The notes under the pieces are model-generated. The model made no database searches. It had not been told where the DNA came from and was given only the letters and a program-made list of their open reading frames with translations. A stretch of 64,000 nucleotides of DNA, taken from positions 37,276 through 101,275 of the IMG/VR virus record IMGVR_UViG_3300045988_084534, one strand, 5' to 3'. The stretch comes from a virus. Shown piece after piece: positions 30,049-39,472 of the stretch (position 1 is the stretch's first letter; each line of letters starts with the position of its first letter). Position numbers and translations under genes: made by a program.

Positions 30049-30369
30049 TTAATCAACATCCTCATCTTCACATCTTTCACCAAGACCACCTAAAATCATA
30101 GCATAAATTTCTAAGAATTTATTGGTAATACCAGTAGTAATCTTAGCCATATTAGCCATTGTTCCATCATCCTTTGACCAATCCCAGCCATGCCATGCAC
30201 ATTCACTCTGCCAATAGTCAAGATAGAAAATCCTGTCATCATAGAGCTTTTCGATAATTGGCTTTAGATCAAGTAGATTATCGTGCACACCTGTCATAGT
30301 AACAGGCTTGTAACCATTATCGTTAATCATCTTGTTAATTTTATCAGCAGAATAAGTAAACGGGTTCAT
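30049..30369 (-). CDS. Hypothetical protein
   Basis: 106-aa ORF abutting its neighbours. Confidence 0.45.
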   Translation of the reverse strand: MNPFTYSADKINKMINDNGYKPVTMTGVHDNLLDLKPIIEKLYDDRIFYLDYWQSECAWHGWDWSKDDGTMANMAKITTGITNKFLEIYAMILGGLGERCEDEDVD

Positions 30370-31182
30370 TTAATCATCATCTCCTTTAGACCATCTGTTG
30401 TTATATTTAGTAATTTGATAATTTACTTGATTTTCAATATTTTTATTTTCGCAATCAATATCTTCTGGATAATTTAAGTAGGCAAATTCCCCATGCTCGT
30501 GATATGCAGCAATATCGTAGGCGTGTGCAGCTTCCTCTGGCGTTTCCCATCTACCAAGATAAACATTTTTCCCTTTTATCCTACAAAATGCAGAATACTT
30601 TTCGTCTGTTTTAGATACTCCCTTTAAGCCGATTTTATTTCTTTTATTTGGAGCAATATTTATATTGTTTTGTCGCGGAGTGCATTTCCTCATATTTTCT
30701 CTGCGATTATCGCCTTTATTTAGATTTCTATGATCGTAATACGCCCCAAATAAAAACCTATGTAATCGCATACGCATTCGTTTGCCATCCGACAAATACC
30801 AATATCCAGAATCTTTTTCTTTTCCAATATGTGCAAATTTTAATCTATCAAGATTATCCGCATCAACAATAGTGTAATCGGACATATCATCGAGATAAAT
30901 TTTTACATAATCTCCTTCTATTTCATAATGATTAAAAGGTTTCTTTCTTGCTTTAGAAATATATTCGCTTCTGGCGCATCCGCATGATTTGCAACTTCCA
31001 CTTCTTAATAATGCAAGCGTAAGAGTCCTAATTGTTTTATTTTCGCAATCGCATTGACAAATAACTCTGCGTTGGTAGCATTTCTTATTCCTTGTTTTAG
31101 AAAAATATTCTTTTGGCTCTGTTTCGTCTATGACTGTCCAGTGTGAATATTTATTGCCTATGACATCAAGTTTTTCAGCCAA
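30370..31182 (-). CDS. Free-standing HNH endonuclease with C-terminal AP2 DNA-binding domain
   Basis: HNH motif DHRNLNKGDNRRENMRKCTPRQN. AP2-like segment YSAFCRIKGKNVYLGRWETPEEAAHAYDIAAYHEHGEFAYLN. The N-terminal Cys module (C.C.CENK...SCKSCGC) is shared with the polB-intron HNH. Confidence 0.75.
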   Translation of the reverse strand: MAEKLDVIGNKYSHWTVIDETEPKEYFSKTRNKKCYQRRVICQCDCENKTIRTLTLALLRSGSCKSCGCARSEYISKARKKPFNHYEIEGDYVKIYLDDMSDYTIVDADNLDRLKFAHIGKEKDSGYWYLSDGKRMRMRLHRFLFGAYYDHRNLNKGDNRRENMRKCTPRQNNINIAPNKRNKIGLKGVSKTDEKYSAFCRIKGKNVYLGRWETPEEAAHAYDIAAYHEHGEFAYLNYPEDIDCENKNIENQVNYQITKYNNRWSKGDDD

Positions 31183-33305
31183 GTATTTCTCTCCTTTTCT
31201 TCTTGTATTTTTATGCCATCTTTAACACAATCAATATCTGCGATTAAAACAAGGTTTTTTTGCGCTCTTGAAACTGCCGTATATAATAAGTTTCGTGTTA
31301 ATAATCTTGCATGGGATTTATCTGCAACTACAATTACGGCTTTAGCTTGACAACCCTGTGATGAATGCGTAGAAATTGCATATGCTAATAGCATATTCTT
31401 GATATGCGCTTTATCCACTATGCAATCGCCGCAATCATACCGCACAATCATATATGGCTCTTTTTCATCAGGCACAATTTCCATTACTGTACCAATATCG
31501 CCATTAGCTACAAAAGCCGTATCATCATCAACAAGCGGCATAGCATATTCATTCTTTTTATTGATTACCTTATCACCCACTTTGAAATAGATAGGCGTAT
31601 CATTGACTGTATGCCCAACCTTGCTTAATTCATTTGGATTGAATTTGGCTTGAATCGCCGCATTGATAGCCAATGAGCCAACATCGCCCTTATTGAATGG
31701 AGATAGAATCAGTACATCATCCTTACTATATCCATCCGCTAAGAGCCGCGCATATTCTTGCTCAATTTGATTGATTACTAATGTATCAGTTTTAATGAAC
31801 TTATAATCTGTGAAAGTATCTGTCAGATGGTCATTTACTCCATTTCGTACATCAGTAGCTATGGTAATAATGCCAGATGTGTTATATCTGAACACCTTAG
31901 TTAAGTTGCATACAGGCACGATGCCGCTATCAAGCATATCCTCAACAATATTGCCGCAAGCAATAGATGCAAGCTGAGATGGGTCAGCTATGAAGATTAT
32001 CTTGGTACGGTCTGTTACCTTATCAAATAGCATTGATAGCAAATGGACGCTAACCATACCCATCTCGTCAATTAACACATAATCGCCCAGATTGCCATCA
32101 CAAGTTAAGAACATATGAATTGTACTTGCTTCACGTCCTGTTGCTTCTCTTAGCCTCTTTGCCGCGATTCCAGTTGGGGATAATAGGGTATAAGTATAAT
32201 TATTGGCTTCTAGCATCTCAATGATTGCCTTGGTTGTTTGGCTCTTGCCCGTTCCGGCGCTTCCCGTCAGCATCATCACATCCTGCTTACAAGCCATCTC
32301 AAGAATCTGTGCCTGTTCATCTGTCAGCTCTAAGCCGTCTACGTTTGTAAACTTCTGCCAATCCATAGGATAATAATGTGGATTGGCTATTTTTTTCTTG
32401 ATAACATCAGCGATATGCTGTTCAGCATTATATGTGGTTTGTAGAGCTGTATTTTGGCTAGGAGCGTCATAATGTACTTGCGCTGATTTAGTCACAACAT
32501 CGAGGAGGCTACGAATACACTGAGGCGCGCGGCGTTTGACTATATCGAATAATGCCTTAGCTTGCATCCTTGTATTGCCGTTCAGCTCATTATGCTTTAA
32601 GGCATAAATAGTAGCCGCCTCGCATCGTTCATAGCTATCAAGCCATTTTCTTGTTTTCTTAATTATCGCCTTATCAGCTCTATCAAATGACCACTCAAGC
32701 AAGTTAATCATAACAGAATATGGATTGGTATTTATATCCTTGCTAAATCCATATACATTTTTATATGTTGCGGCGATTTTGTTTATATCCTCATCATGCT
32801 CAATACCCCAAGCATATGTTTCGCCCATAAATTCAACGCGCTTATTGATTGTCTTGATTTTATCAATATATCTTGGTAATAGCACCTTACCTACACCACG
32901 AATTTTTTTATAGTCCAGCTTGTCGGCTTCACCATTTAGTACCATACTGACAAAATGAGGATATGCGGCATGACATGATTCAGCTTGCCCATTGGTCATT
33001 AAGCTGCGTAGCGTCTGCAATTCGGCTTTTTCGGTCAAGTTGAATTTGCCATCTTTAGCCACAAATCCAGCAAAGCCAATGAATTTATAGCTGTATTTGT
33101 ATTTATCGTCCACACATGGCTCTATGATACAATCAATGGATTGCCCCATCTTTAGGTCTGCTATACCAGTTCCTTTTAGGCTGATTGTGCCATATTTAGG
33201 ATGGGTTTCTATTGTTTCATCCTTAGTGCTGCATGATATAATTGAGAAATTGGATTCAGGGTTGTTGAATATCATGCGCATGGGAGTTAATTTTACTGTT
33301 TGCAT
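31158..33305 (-). CDS. RecD-like SF1 DNA helicase
   Basis: Walker A is LTGSAGTGKSQT and Walker B is YVLIDEMGMVS. The C-terminal AISTHSSQGCQAKAVIVV...LLYTAVSRAQKNLVLI is also present. Confidence 0.8.
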   Translation of the reverse strand: MQTVKLTPMRMIFNNPESNFSIISCSTKDETIETHPKYGTISLKGTGIADLKMGQSIDCIIEPCVDDKYKYSYKFIGFAGFVAKDGKFNLTEKAELQTLRSLMTNGQAESCHAAYPHFVSMVLNGEADKLDYKKIRGVGKVLLPRYIDKIKTINKRVEFMGETYAWGIEHDEDINKIAATYKNVYGFSKDINTNPYSVMINLLEWSFDRADKAIIKKTRKWLDSYERCEAATIYALKHNELNGNTRMQAKALFDIVKRRAPQCIRSLLDVVTKSAQVHYDAPSQNTALQTTYNAEQHIADVIKKKIANPHYYPMDWQKFTNVDGLELTDEQAQILEMACKQDVMMLTGSAGTGKSQTTKAIIEMLEANNYTYTLLSPTGIAAKRLREATGREASTIHMFLTCDGNLGDYVLIDEMGMVSVHLLSMLFDKVTDRTKIIFIADPSQLASIACGNIVEDMLDSGIVPVCNLTKVFRYNTSGIITIATDVRNGVNDHLTDTFTDYKFIKTDTLVINQIEQEYARLLADGYSKDDVLILSPFNKGDVGSLAINAAIQAKFNPNELSKVGHTVNDTPIYFKVGDKVINKKNEYAMPLVDDDTAFVANGDIGTVMEIVPDEKEPYMIVRYDCGDCIVDKAHIKNMLLAYAISTHSSQGCQAKAVIVVADKSHARLLTRNLLYTAVSRAQKNLVLIADIDCVKDGIKIQEEKERNTWLKNLMS

Positions 33306-33306
33306 A

Positions 33307-34002
33307 TTATCCCTTATATTTGAACAATTTTTCTACTTTCTTTGGTTGATTGGATTTATTGTAGTCAAGTGTTCTCGTTAATTCTTGCGACCAAATACAT
33401 TCAAAATCATCTGGCGAAGATTCCTCGCTGATATATACATTACATCTCTTAGATAGCTGACACATATAATCCCAAAATTCATTCGTGTCAAATTGCCCAA
33501 CTGTATATCCTGTCGTATTAGCATAAGGCGGATCACAATATACAACTGCGCCATCTGGAATTTCTACGTCATGGTAGTCAAGGCAAGTAAATGTAGCAGA
33601 TTGTACTCCGGGTAAATCTTTAAGCAAACTGCGTTCTGCTCTTGCACAATAATTATCACCTCTCTTATTGCTTGCCAGACCGCCCCACCATTTGCCGCCA
33701 AATGAGCAACCAAAGCCAACAAATCCAGTCAATGCAGGATTTTCGTCCATATTAGCTTTAACACGATAATCTTCTTCTTTAGTTACAACATCAGGCGGCA
33801 TCCAACCATTTTGTAATGCTTGCCACATAGCAATAAGATATGGATGTTTGTCATTGAGAATTTTAACATCTGCTTGCACTTTTGATTCAATAGCGCATGA
33901 ACCACAGAACAGACTTACAAACGATGTGTTTTTACCGATAGCTGAATTTAATACCTCTGCAATTTGTTTAGAAATGCGGCTTTTGCCACCCATATATCGC
34001 AT
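33307..34002 (-). CDS. dam: DNA N6-adenine methyltransferase (Dam/D12 class)
   Basis: N-terminal MGGKSR and catalytic CDPPYANTTGY. Confidence 0.8.
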   Translation of the reverse strand: MRYMGGKSRISKQIAEVLNSAIGKNTSFVSLFCGSCAIESKVQADVKILNDKHPYLIAMWQALQNGWMPPDVVTKEEDYRVKANMDENPALTGFVGFGCSFGGKWWGGLASNKRGDNYCARAERSLLKDLPGVQSATFTCLDYHDVEIPDGAVVYCDPPYANTTGYTVGQFDTNEFWDYMCQLSKRCNVYISEESSPDDFECIWSQELTRTLDYNKSNQPKKVEKLFKYKG

Positions 34003-34262
34003 TATTTATCCTCCTCAATTAGTAACATATCCCACTCATCAATAATCATCTTCATCAATGCAGTTGCACCCCAAGCTGGTTCAAATCCGTGGTTATATGC
34101 GTAATAGATGTGTGCCACATTGATAAATGTAATCCAACGATACTTGCTTGCTGCCACCTTAAATTCGTTATTACCTGTTATGCTTACATTTGCTTTTAAT
34201 AAGCTATTGCAGATATGACATACAGCATCAAGCCATGCTTCATAGGTCAATACGTCTTGCAT
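34002..34262 (-). CDS. Hypothetical protein
   Basis: 86-aa ORF overlapping the dam start by 1 nt. Confidence 0.45.
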   Translation of the reverse strand: MQDVLTYEAWLDAVCHICNSLLKANVSITGNNEFKVAASKYRWITFINVAHIYYAYNHGFEPAWGATALMKMIIDEWDMLLIEEDK

Positions 34263-34511
34263 TTATGATTCCCTCCAAGCGTCATAGATTTCAATGGCTG
34301 GTTCATAGCCTTCAGTGCTGATAATAAGCTCCCGATGAAGGTCGAGACTCAAATTGACAAGTTGCTTCAAAGAATTGATATGAATATACGTTCTGATATT
34401 TTTGCACTTATCCTGCTTTTCATCCAATTCATATTCATTGAGCACGGGATAATTCTTTCTAAGGTCATTAAGCGTGGGGTAATAGTCAGTTTGATGAATC
34501 CAGATTTTCAT
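34263..34511 (-). CDS. Hypothetical protein
   Basis: 82-aa ORF preceded by CAGGAGG, downstream of promoter 34545-34573. Confidence 0.45.
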   Translation of the reverse strand: MKIWIHQTDYYPTLNDLRKNYPVLNEYELDEKQDKCKNIRTYIHINSLKQLVNLSLDLHRELIISTEGYEPAIEIYDAWRES

Positions 34512-34544
34512 AATTAAAACAACCTCCTGTTCTTTGATAAATCA

Positions 34545-34573
34545 AGTATATCATAGAATCAGGAGGTTGTCAA
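34545..34573 (-). promoter_or_regulatory. Sigma-70-type promoter (TTGACA-17-TATACT)
   Basis: On the - strand: aTTGACAacctcctgattctatgaTATACT. Confidence 0.65.
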
Positions 34574-34586
34574 TACCCTATTTTAA

Positions 34587-34841
34587 TTATTTTTCAATCA
34601 TTTTCTTTAATTCTGCAAATAGCTCTCTACCGCAAATAGGGCAAGTAGAATCAATGTCAACTACATATTTTTCATCTACCATTAAGCCGCAATTTGGGCA
34701 TTTAATAGGCGCATATTTTAGTGGATGTTCAGTCCGTTTGCGGCGATTTCTTTCTGCTCTGCTCAATTTCTTCCTTCTCCTTATATTTTGCTCTGTATTC
34801 ATTTCGCTTGGTTTCATCACCATCATTCCACCATTTGACAT
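34587..34841 (-). CDS. Basic zinc-ribbon protein (start uncertain; overlaps the upstream gene in another frame)
   Basis: RRRKKLSRAERNRRKR...CPNCG...CPICG. Overlaps the 3' end of 34729..35826 by 74-113 nt, depending on which Met is used. Confidence 0.4.
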   Translation of the reverse strand: MSNGGMMVMKPSEMNTEQNIRRRKKLSRAERNRRKRTEHPLKYAPIKCPNCGLMVDEKYVVDIDSTCPICGRELFAELKKMIEK

Positions 34842-35826
34842 TGATATAATCTAATACCTTAGCCATACCAAGTCCCTTATCAGGAATCCACATGCCAGTT
34901 TGTTCATCATATTTGCCACCGCGCATACAATAATCATAAAGTTGTGGGTGGGTTTGAGCAAGAATTTGAAATTTATTAGGATGCTCAAGATGACAGCCAT
35001 AACCGCAGAACACGCACCCAGTTCGCTTCTGTTTGGTTGTTGTATACACGCCACCCTCACATACAATATCCCCGTACACGGCGGAACAATATGGCACATT
35101 GAACTTTAGCAAATATTTAAGTACGTCGGATTTAGACCAAAAGGAGAGTGGCTTTGAAGAAGGTCTATCACCATCAAAAGCATTACATCCTGTCCGCAAC
35201 CAAGCAGTCTTTCTTGTGGTTGACTCTTGAGCCATCGTTCCAATAAAAGGATGGTAGTTAGTCTGTTTCTCATAAATTTTTGCCGGGTGCTTTTTCATAA
35301 TGTAACAACACTGGTTTGCTAATGGTATGTCACCATTTGTTAGATATTTCCATTTAATATTTCCCTGTCGAAAAGGATTTATCGTTCCGTCTGGATTAAC
35401 GCCGTTCATTTTGTCGATACCGTATTGACTGCCGTTTTTTGCTGAATATACAGCATAAGACAACTCCTTACTAATCAATGGGTATCCATACCGTGTGATA
35501 ACTTCGGGAAATGTAATATGCTCATACTGCCGAGATTTACGGTTATATACAGACGGCTTGAGGACGATAACATTTGACTTACTCATAATGAACTCACGCA
35601 GTTCAGGATATTCCAAACCAGTATCGCAATATACGTCCACCACATCAGGATATATGCGATGCACAAGATGGCTCAGTACGGTGCTATCTACACCACCACT
35701 ATTACTGATATACACCTTCCCATCCCAATGTTCATACCATTCAATAATTCTAGCCGTACTAATTTGGATTTTTTCTTCAAGAGATTTAGATTGCAGCTCT
35801 TTCAAATCTTCCTTTGTATGGTTCAT
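34729..35826 (-). CDS. PAPS-reductase-family PP-loop ATP pyrophosphatase (DndC/SspD/IbrA-like) with Cys-rich C-terminal region
   Basis: PP-loop SNSGGVDSTV, CCYIMKKHP, QESTTRK, and the C-terminal cluster GCVFCGYGCH. Confidence 0.7.
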   Translation of the reverse strand: MNHTKEDLKELQSKSLEEKIQISTARIIEWYEHWDGKVYISNSGGVDSTVLSHLVHRIYPDVVDVYCDTGLEYPELREFIMSKSNVIVLKPSVYNRKSRQYEHITFPEVITRYGYPLISKELSYAVYSAKNGSQYGIDKMNGVNPDGTINPFRQGNIKWKYLTNGDIPLANQCCYIMKKHPAKIYEKQTNYHPFIGTMAQESTTRKTAWLRTGCNAFDGDRPSSKPLSFWSKSDVLKYLLKFNVPYCSAVYGDIVCEGGVYTTTKQKRTGCVFCGYGCHLEHPNKFQILAQTHPQLYDYCMRGGKYDEQTGMWIPDKGLGMAKVLDYINVKWWNDGDETKRNEYRAKYKEKEEIEQSRKKSPQTD

Positions 35827-36920
35827 CTTACGAATTTCTCCTTATACTCAACCACAGCATTTATAAATGCATCAATATCACGTTCTGTTGTTTCATCACC
35901 AAATGACACTCTAACAACACGGCTTGCCTCATCATTGGTTAAGCCGCAAGCATTGAGCACTCTAAAATCATGTAGACTAGAACAAGCAGAGCCGCCAATT
36001 CCAATATATATCTGCTTAGATGCTAGATACTGTTGCAAGCTATCAGCGTTAATATCATCAAATATAATGGCATTGATAGCAAATACGCTATGTGCTGGTT
36101 CATTTGCATCTGACTTATCTGGTTTTAACACATTATTGATAACAGCTCCATGAATATCATTATCAGTGAATTTATCAAGCATATATCGGTATAGCTCATA
36201 TGCTCTTGCCTCATGTTTCTCTGCGTTCTTACAAGTATCCTCAGTAGCATCAGCCATAGCCATAGCACCAGCTAGATTAGGTGTGCCATGCAGTTTGAAA
36301 TCGCCTAGCCATTTGTCTAGTCTATCTGAAATCCAAGCACATCCAATACCAAGCTCCGTTGCAATCTTATGCCCAGAAAAACAATAAAAATCGCACCAAT
36401 CATCAATGTTTGGTTCAATGGGTGTGTGTCCAACTTGAGCCGTTCCATCACAGATATAAAACCCATTATGCTTATGAACAAGCTCTCCAATCTGCTTAGT
36501 TGGAAAAATTTCACCTGTGATATTTTGAACGGCTTGCCATAATACAAATAGCGTATCAAATCTGCTTGAAAATTCATCATGAATAGACAACGACTTGTCC
36601 AATAAGCCTACATTATTAACCACGCCTGTTTCATATTTAAAGAAGCTATCATGTTCATAAGCAGAGCAAATGACACTATAAAAAGAAGCAGTCTGGCTTC
36701 TAATAGCATTCATCAAATTCTCAATCAACTGGCTACTTGTGCCGCCAAATACAACCTTACCACTCTTTGCGCCAATAGCTGCCTTTACTCTATTTGCACA
36801 ATCATCAAGCAATTTCTGTTCCTTATAGGCATAGTTGGCATTAGGATTAAGAAATTGACCATATTTACTACATGGATATTTGATGAATGGATTAGTTGCG
36901 GCGTAATCAAGATAAATCAA
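35823..36920 (-). CDS. Class V aminotransferase-fold cysteine desulfurase (NifS/IscS/DndA-like)
   Basis: LDYAATNP, PLP-Lys motif FSGHK, HGTPN and active-site loop GGSACSS. Overlaps both neighbours by 4 nt. Confidence 0.75.
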   Translation of the reverse strand: MIYLDYAATNPFIKYPCSKYGQFLNPNANYAYKEQKLLDDCANRVKAAIGAKSGKVVFGGTSSQLIENLMNAIRSQTASFYSVICSAYEHDSFFKYETGVVNNVGLLDKSLSIHDEFSSRFDTLFVLWQAVQNITGEIFPTKQIGELVHKHNGFYICDGTAQVGHTPIEPNIDDWCDFYCFSGHKIATELGIGCAWISDRLDKWLGDFKLHGTPNLAGAMAMADATEDTCKNAEKHEARAYELYRYMLDKFTDNDIHGAVINNVLKPDKSDANEPAHSVFAINAIIFDDINADSLQQYLASKQIYIGIGGSACSSLHDFRVLNACGLTNDEASRVVRVSFGDETTERDIDAFINAVVEYKEKFVR

Positions 36921-38545
36921 TTAAAATATTCACTCCAATCATATTCATTTTCTTTTGGTTTATCAATAATTTCATATCTCTCAATAATGGCTTGAGGCTT
37001 AATCTGTCCATTATATTCATTCAATCCAAGCGATACTACTACTTCTATGGATTTGCCTTGAGCAGATTCAAATTGACTTGCTTCTTCATTACTAACAAAG
37101 AATTTGATGAACTCAATGTCGTCCTGAACTAGCTTAACGGTAGTTGAACGATTACGATATACATAAATCTGCGGAGATGTTAAAGTACAATGGAATAACG
37201 GCTTGCTTACATCTTTAGCCCATAGGATATTATTTTCTACACACACATTTGCAAGATTGCGTGTGATATTATTAGGCTCGATTTGAGTCGCTACTTCAAT
37301 ATCTGGCTCTACGTCCAAATCAAGTCCATCTAAGAATCGCGCAAATCGCTTGAGGTTTGATTTCTTGACGGTGATACCAGCTGCGGCATCATGCCCTTGA
37401 CATTTAGCTAATCCTGATTCATTGATAATCTCAAGTAAATCAATGGGGCTACGCATCGAGCCAGACCATGTTGTGCTATTTAGCTCTCTCAGCAGGAATG
37501 TAGGCTTATTATATTTACCACAGAATTTATTGGCTACAAGCCCTAAATAGGATTTATTCTCAGGTTCGCCAAAGCCTATAATAACCTTATGAGATGTGTC
37601 AAGCCCATCTGACAGCTTATCTACGACCTTCTTGACTTGATAATCCTGCTTGGACTTGACGGCTTTCATAGCCTTTATAGCGGCTTCTGGCTCAATTTTG
37701 CCAATCAGCGTATCAAAGAATAACCGCTTAGTAGACTGGTCATCGCTACGAGCCAGCGCATTAGCAAGAGGCGCAATGCCAAATGCCACACCCTCTGGAT
37801 TAACGCCACGATTGCAACAATGCTCTAAGCAGTATTTAATAAATGGATTGGTTGGATTCGTCAAGCCGTCATATACATATTTGCGGTTCTCAAGTGAACG
37901 TAAGCTGCAAATATCAGATATTAGACTAACTGCCACTAGGTCTTTGAAAGATTGATTTGAGCCAAGCGCACAAGCAAATTTTTCTACAACGCCTGTACCA
38001 CTAATATCTATATTACAAGTATATGTGACCTTAACACCATTATAGATGCGTTCAACTAGCTCAAGTTGGTCATCTGGCATTGGTGGAATAATAACACTAT
38101 TATATGGATTGACTACAACGGCGTATTTATTTTCCCTTTTTGCAACAAATTCAATGATATGGTGGTCTAAGATAATAACCTTGATACCATGTTCATATAG
38201 TTCTCTACAAGCATCAACCTCATTCGACCCAGCATCAGGGATAATAAGCGTCTTTACATTTGCGGCAATAATATCAGATAATAGGTCACTACAACCATGC
38301 TGTTTGCCGGTGTGAAAAAACATAATCGGCTCGATGCTTGGATGATATTCTTTACATAGCATGTAGGCAATAGCAGCCGAACAAGCCCCATCGAGGTCGG
38401 AATCAACAACAATGCCAATATTACCAGTAATATGATTAAACATATCAACAGCTACATCCATATTCTTATACATATCAGGCGATTGATATTCAATACTATC
38501 TGGATTTAGATATGCGTCAACATCAGTTAATTGGCAAGCGGCCAA
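36917..38545 (-). CDS. DHH-family phosphoesterase / RecJ-like ssDNA exonuclease
   Basis: Motifs VVDSDLDGACS, IIPDAGS, IILDHH and QGHDAAAG. Confidence 0.7.
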   Translation of the reverse strand: MAACQLTDVDAYLNPDSIEYQSPDMYKNMDVAVDMFNHITGNIGIVVDSDLDGACSAAIAYMLCKEYHPSIEPIMFFHTGKQHGCSDLLSDIIAANVKTLIIPDAGSNEVDACRELYEHGIKVIILDHHIIEFVAKRENKYAVVVNPYNSVIIPPMPDDQLELVERIYNGVKVTYTCNIDISGTGVVEKFACALGSNQSFKDLVAVSLISDICSLRSLENRKYVYDGLTNPTNPFIKYCLEHCCNRGVNPEGVAFGIAPLANALARSDDQSTKRLFFDTLIGKIEPEAAIKAMKAVKSKQDYQVKKVVDKLSDGLDTSHKVIIGFGEPENKSYLGLVANKFCGKYNKPTFLLRELNSTTWSGSMRSPIDLLEIINESGLAKCQGHDAAAGITVKKSNLKRFARFLDGLDLDVEPDIEVATQIEPNNITRNLANVCVENNILWAKDVSKPLFHCTLTSPQIYVYRNRSTTVKLVQDDIEFIKFFVSNEEASQFESAQGKSIEVVVSLGLNEYNGQIKPQAIIERYEIIDKPKENEYDWSEYFN

Positions 38546-38597
38546 ATATTCCCTTAAAAATGTGGCTTCATTAAGGGAATCTAGTAGTGGATGAATC

Positions 38598-38834
38598 TTA
38601 ATCTAAATCACCATCCTTTTTTGGCAAGTTGATGTATGCCCACTGGTCATCATCATATATTGTAGATTGATCGTAATCATATAAGCATTCCCATACATCA
38701 CAATTATATTCATCTACAACCCTTTTCATAATAAACATGACTTCTTCTGGATATGTTTCTCCGCATTTACACGCTACCAAAACAGGAATATTATATGGTG
38801 GCAATCCCTCACTTGTCCTATTCCATTCAATCAT
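38598..38834 (-). CDS. DUF551-like small protein (paralog family)
   Basis: MIEWNRTSEGLPPYNIPVLV...WAYINLPKKDG. Confidence 0.55.
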   Translation of the reverse strand: MIEWNRTSEGLPPYNIPVLVACKCGETYPEEVMFIMKRVVDEYNCDVWECLYDYDQSTIYDDDQWAYINLPKKDGDLD

Positions 38835-38836
38835 AT

Positions 38837-39103
38837 TTATTCACCATCCTTTTCTGGCAGATTGAAATAAGCCCACCAATCATTAGAAAAATATATTGTC
38901 CCAATGCTGCCATTTTTGTCTTGCCAATCCATCTTTTCTTCAATTTCATTCGTGCCTGTATATGGGTCATAAACCGTGACATCAACCTTTACATATCTGC
39001 TTTGCTTAATATAATGTTGCCCACTGCGCGGTCTATATGTAAGTACCCATTCATCTATTGGCGGTAAATCAGATACACCTATAACTCTATGCCATTCAAT
39101 CAT
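38837..39103 (-). CDS. DUF551-like small protein (paralog family)
   Basis: MIEWHRVIGVSDLPPIDEWVL...WWAYFNLPEKDG. Confidence 0.55.
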   Translation of the reverse strand: MIEWHRVIGVSDLPPIDEWVLTYRPRSGQHYIKQSRYVKVDVTVYDPYTGTNEIEEKMDWQDKNGSIGTIYFSNDWWAYFNLPEKDGE

Positions 39104-39465
39104 TCTTTTTCTCCTCCAATCTTAAACGACCTACCTTTCTTAGCTCTAAGATAGCCAGAGCGATATGCCAAAGCAATAGCTTTAACTGTCTCATCTGCAT
39201 TGAACATAGTATGGTCATGATAGTAACATCCATACTTTAGAACATCTGCTTTGTACAATTTCGGCTCGAGCATCTTGTAGATTTCGTCATCGGTCATATC
39301 AGGGATTTCTTCATATGGCATAATAACACTTTCCGGCATGATGATACGATAACCGTTGCCAATCTCAACATAATATCCACCAAATGCCTTGCCTCCAATA
39401 CGGCCAAGCAGCAAATTTGGCGAACTCTTAAGGACCACCATATCTCTTATTTTGAATTTACTCAT
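39100..39465 (-). CDS. Hypothetical protein
   Basis: 121-aa ORF with a 4-nt overlap with the downstream gene. Confidence 0.45.
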   Translation of the reverse strand: MSKFKIRDMVVLKSSPNLLLGRIGGKAFGGYYVEIGNGYRIIMPESVIMPYEEIPDMTDDEIYKMLEPKLYKADVLKYGCYYHDHTMFNADETVKAIALAYRSGYLRAKKGRSFKIGGEKE

Positions 39466-39472
39466 AATAAAA

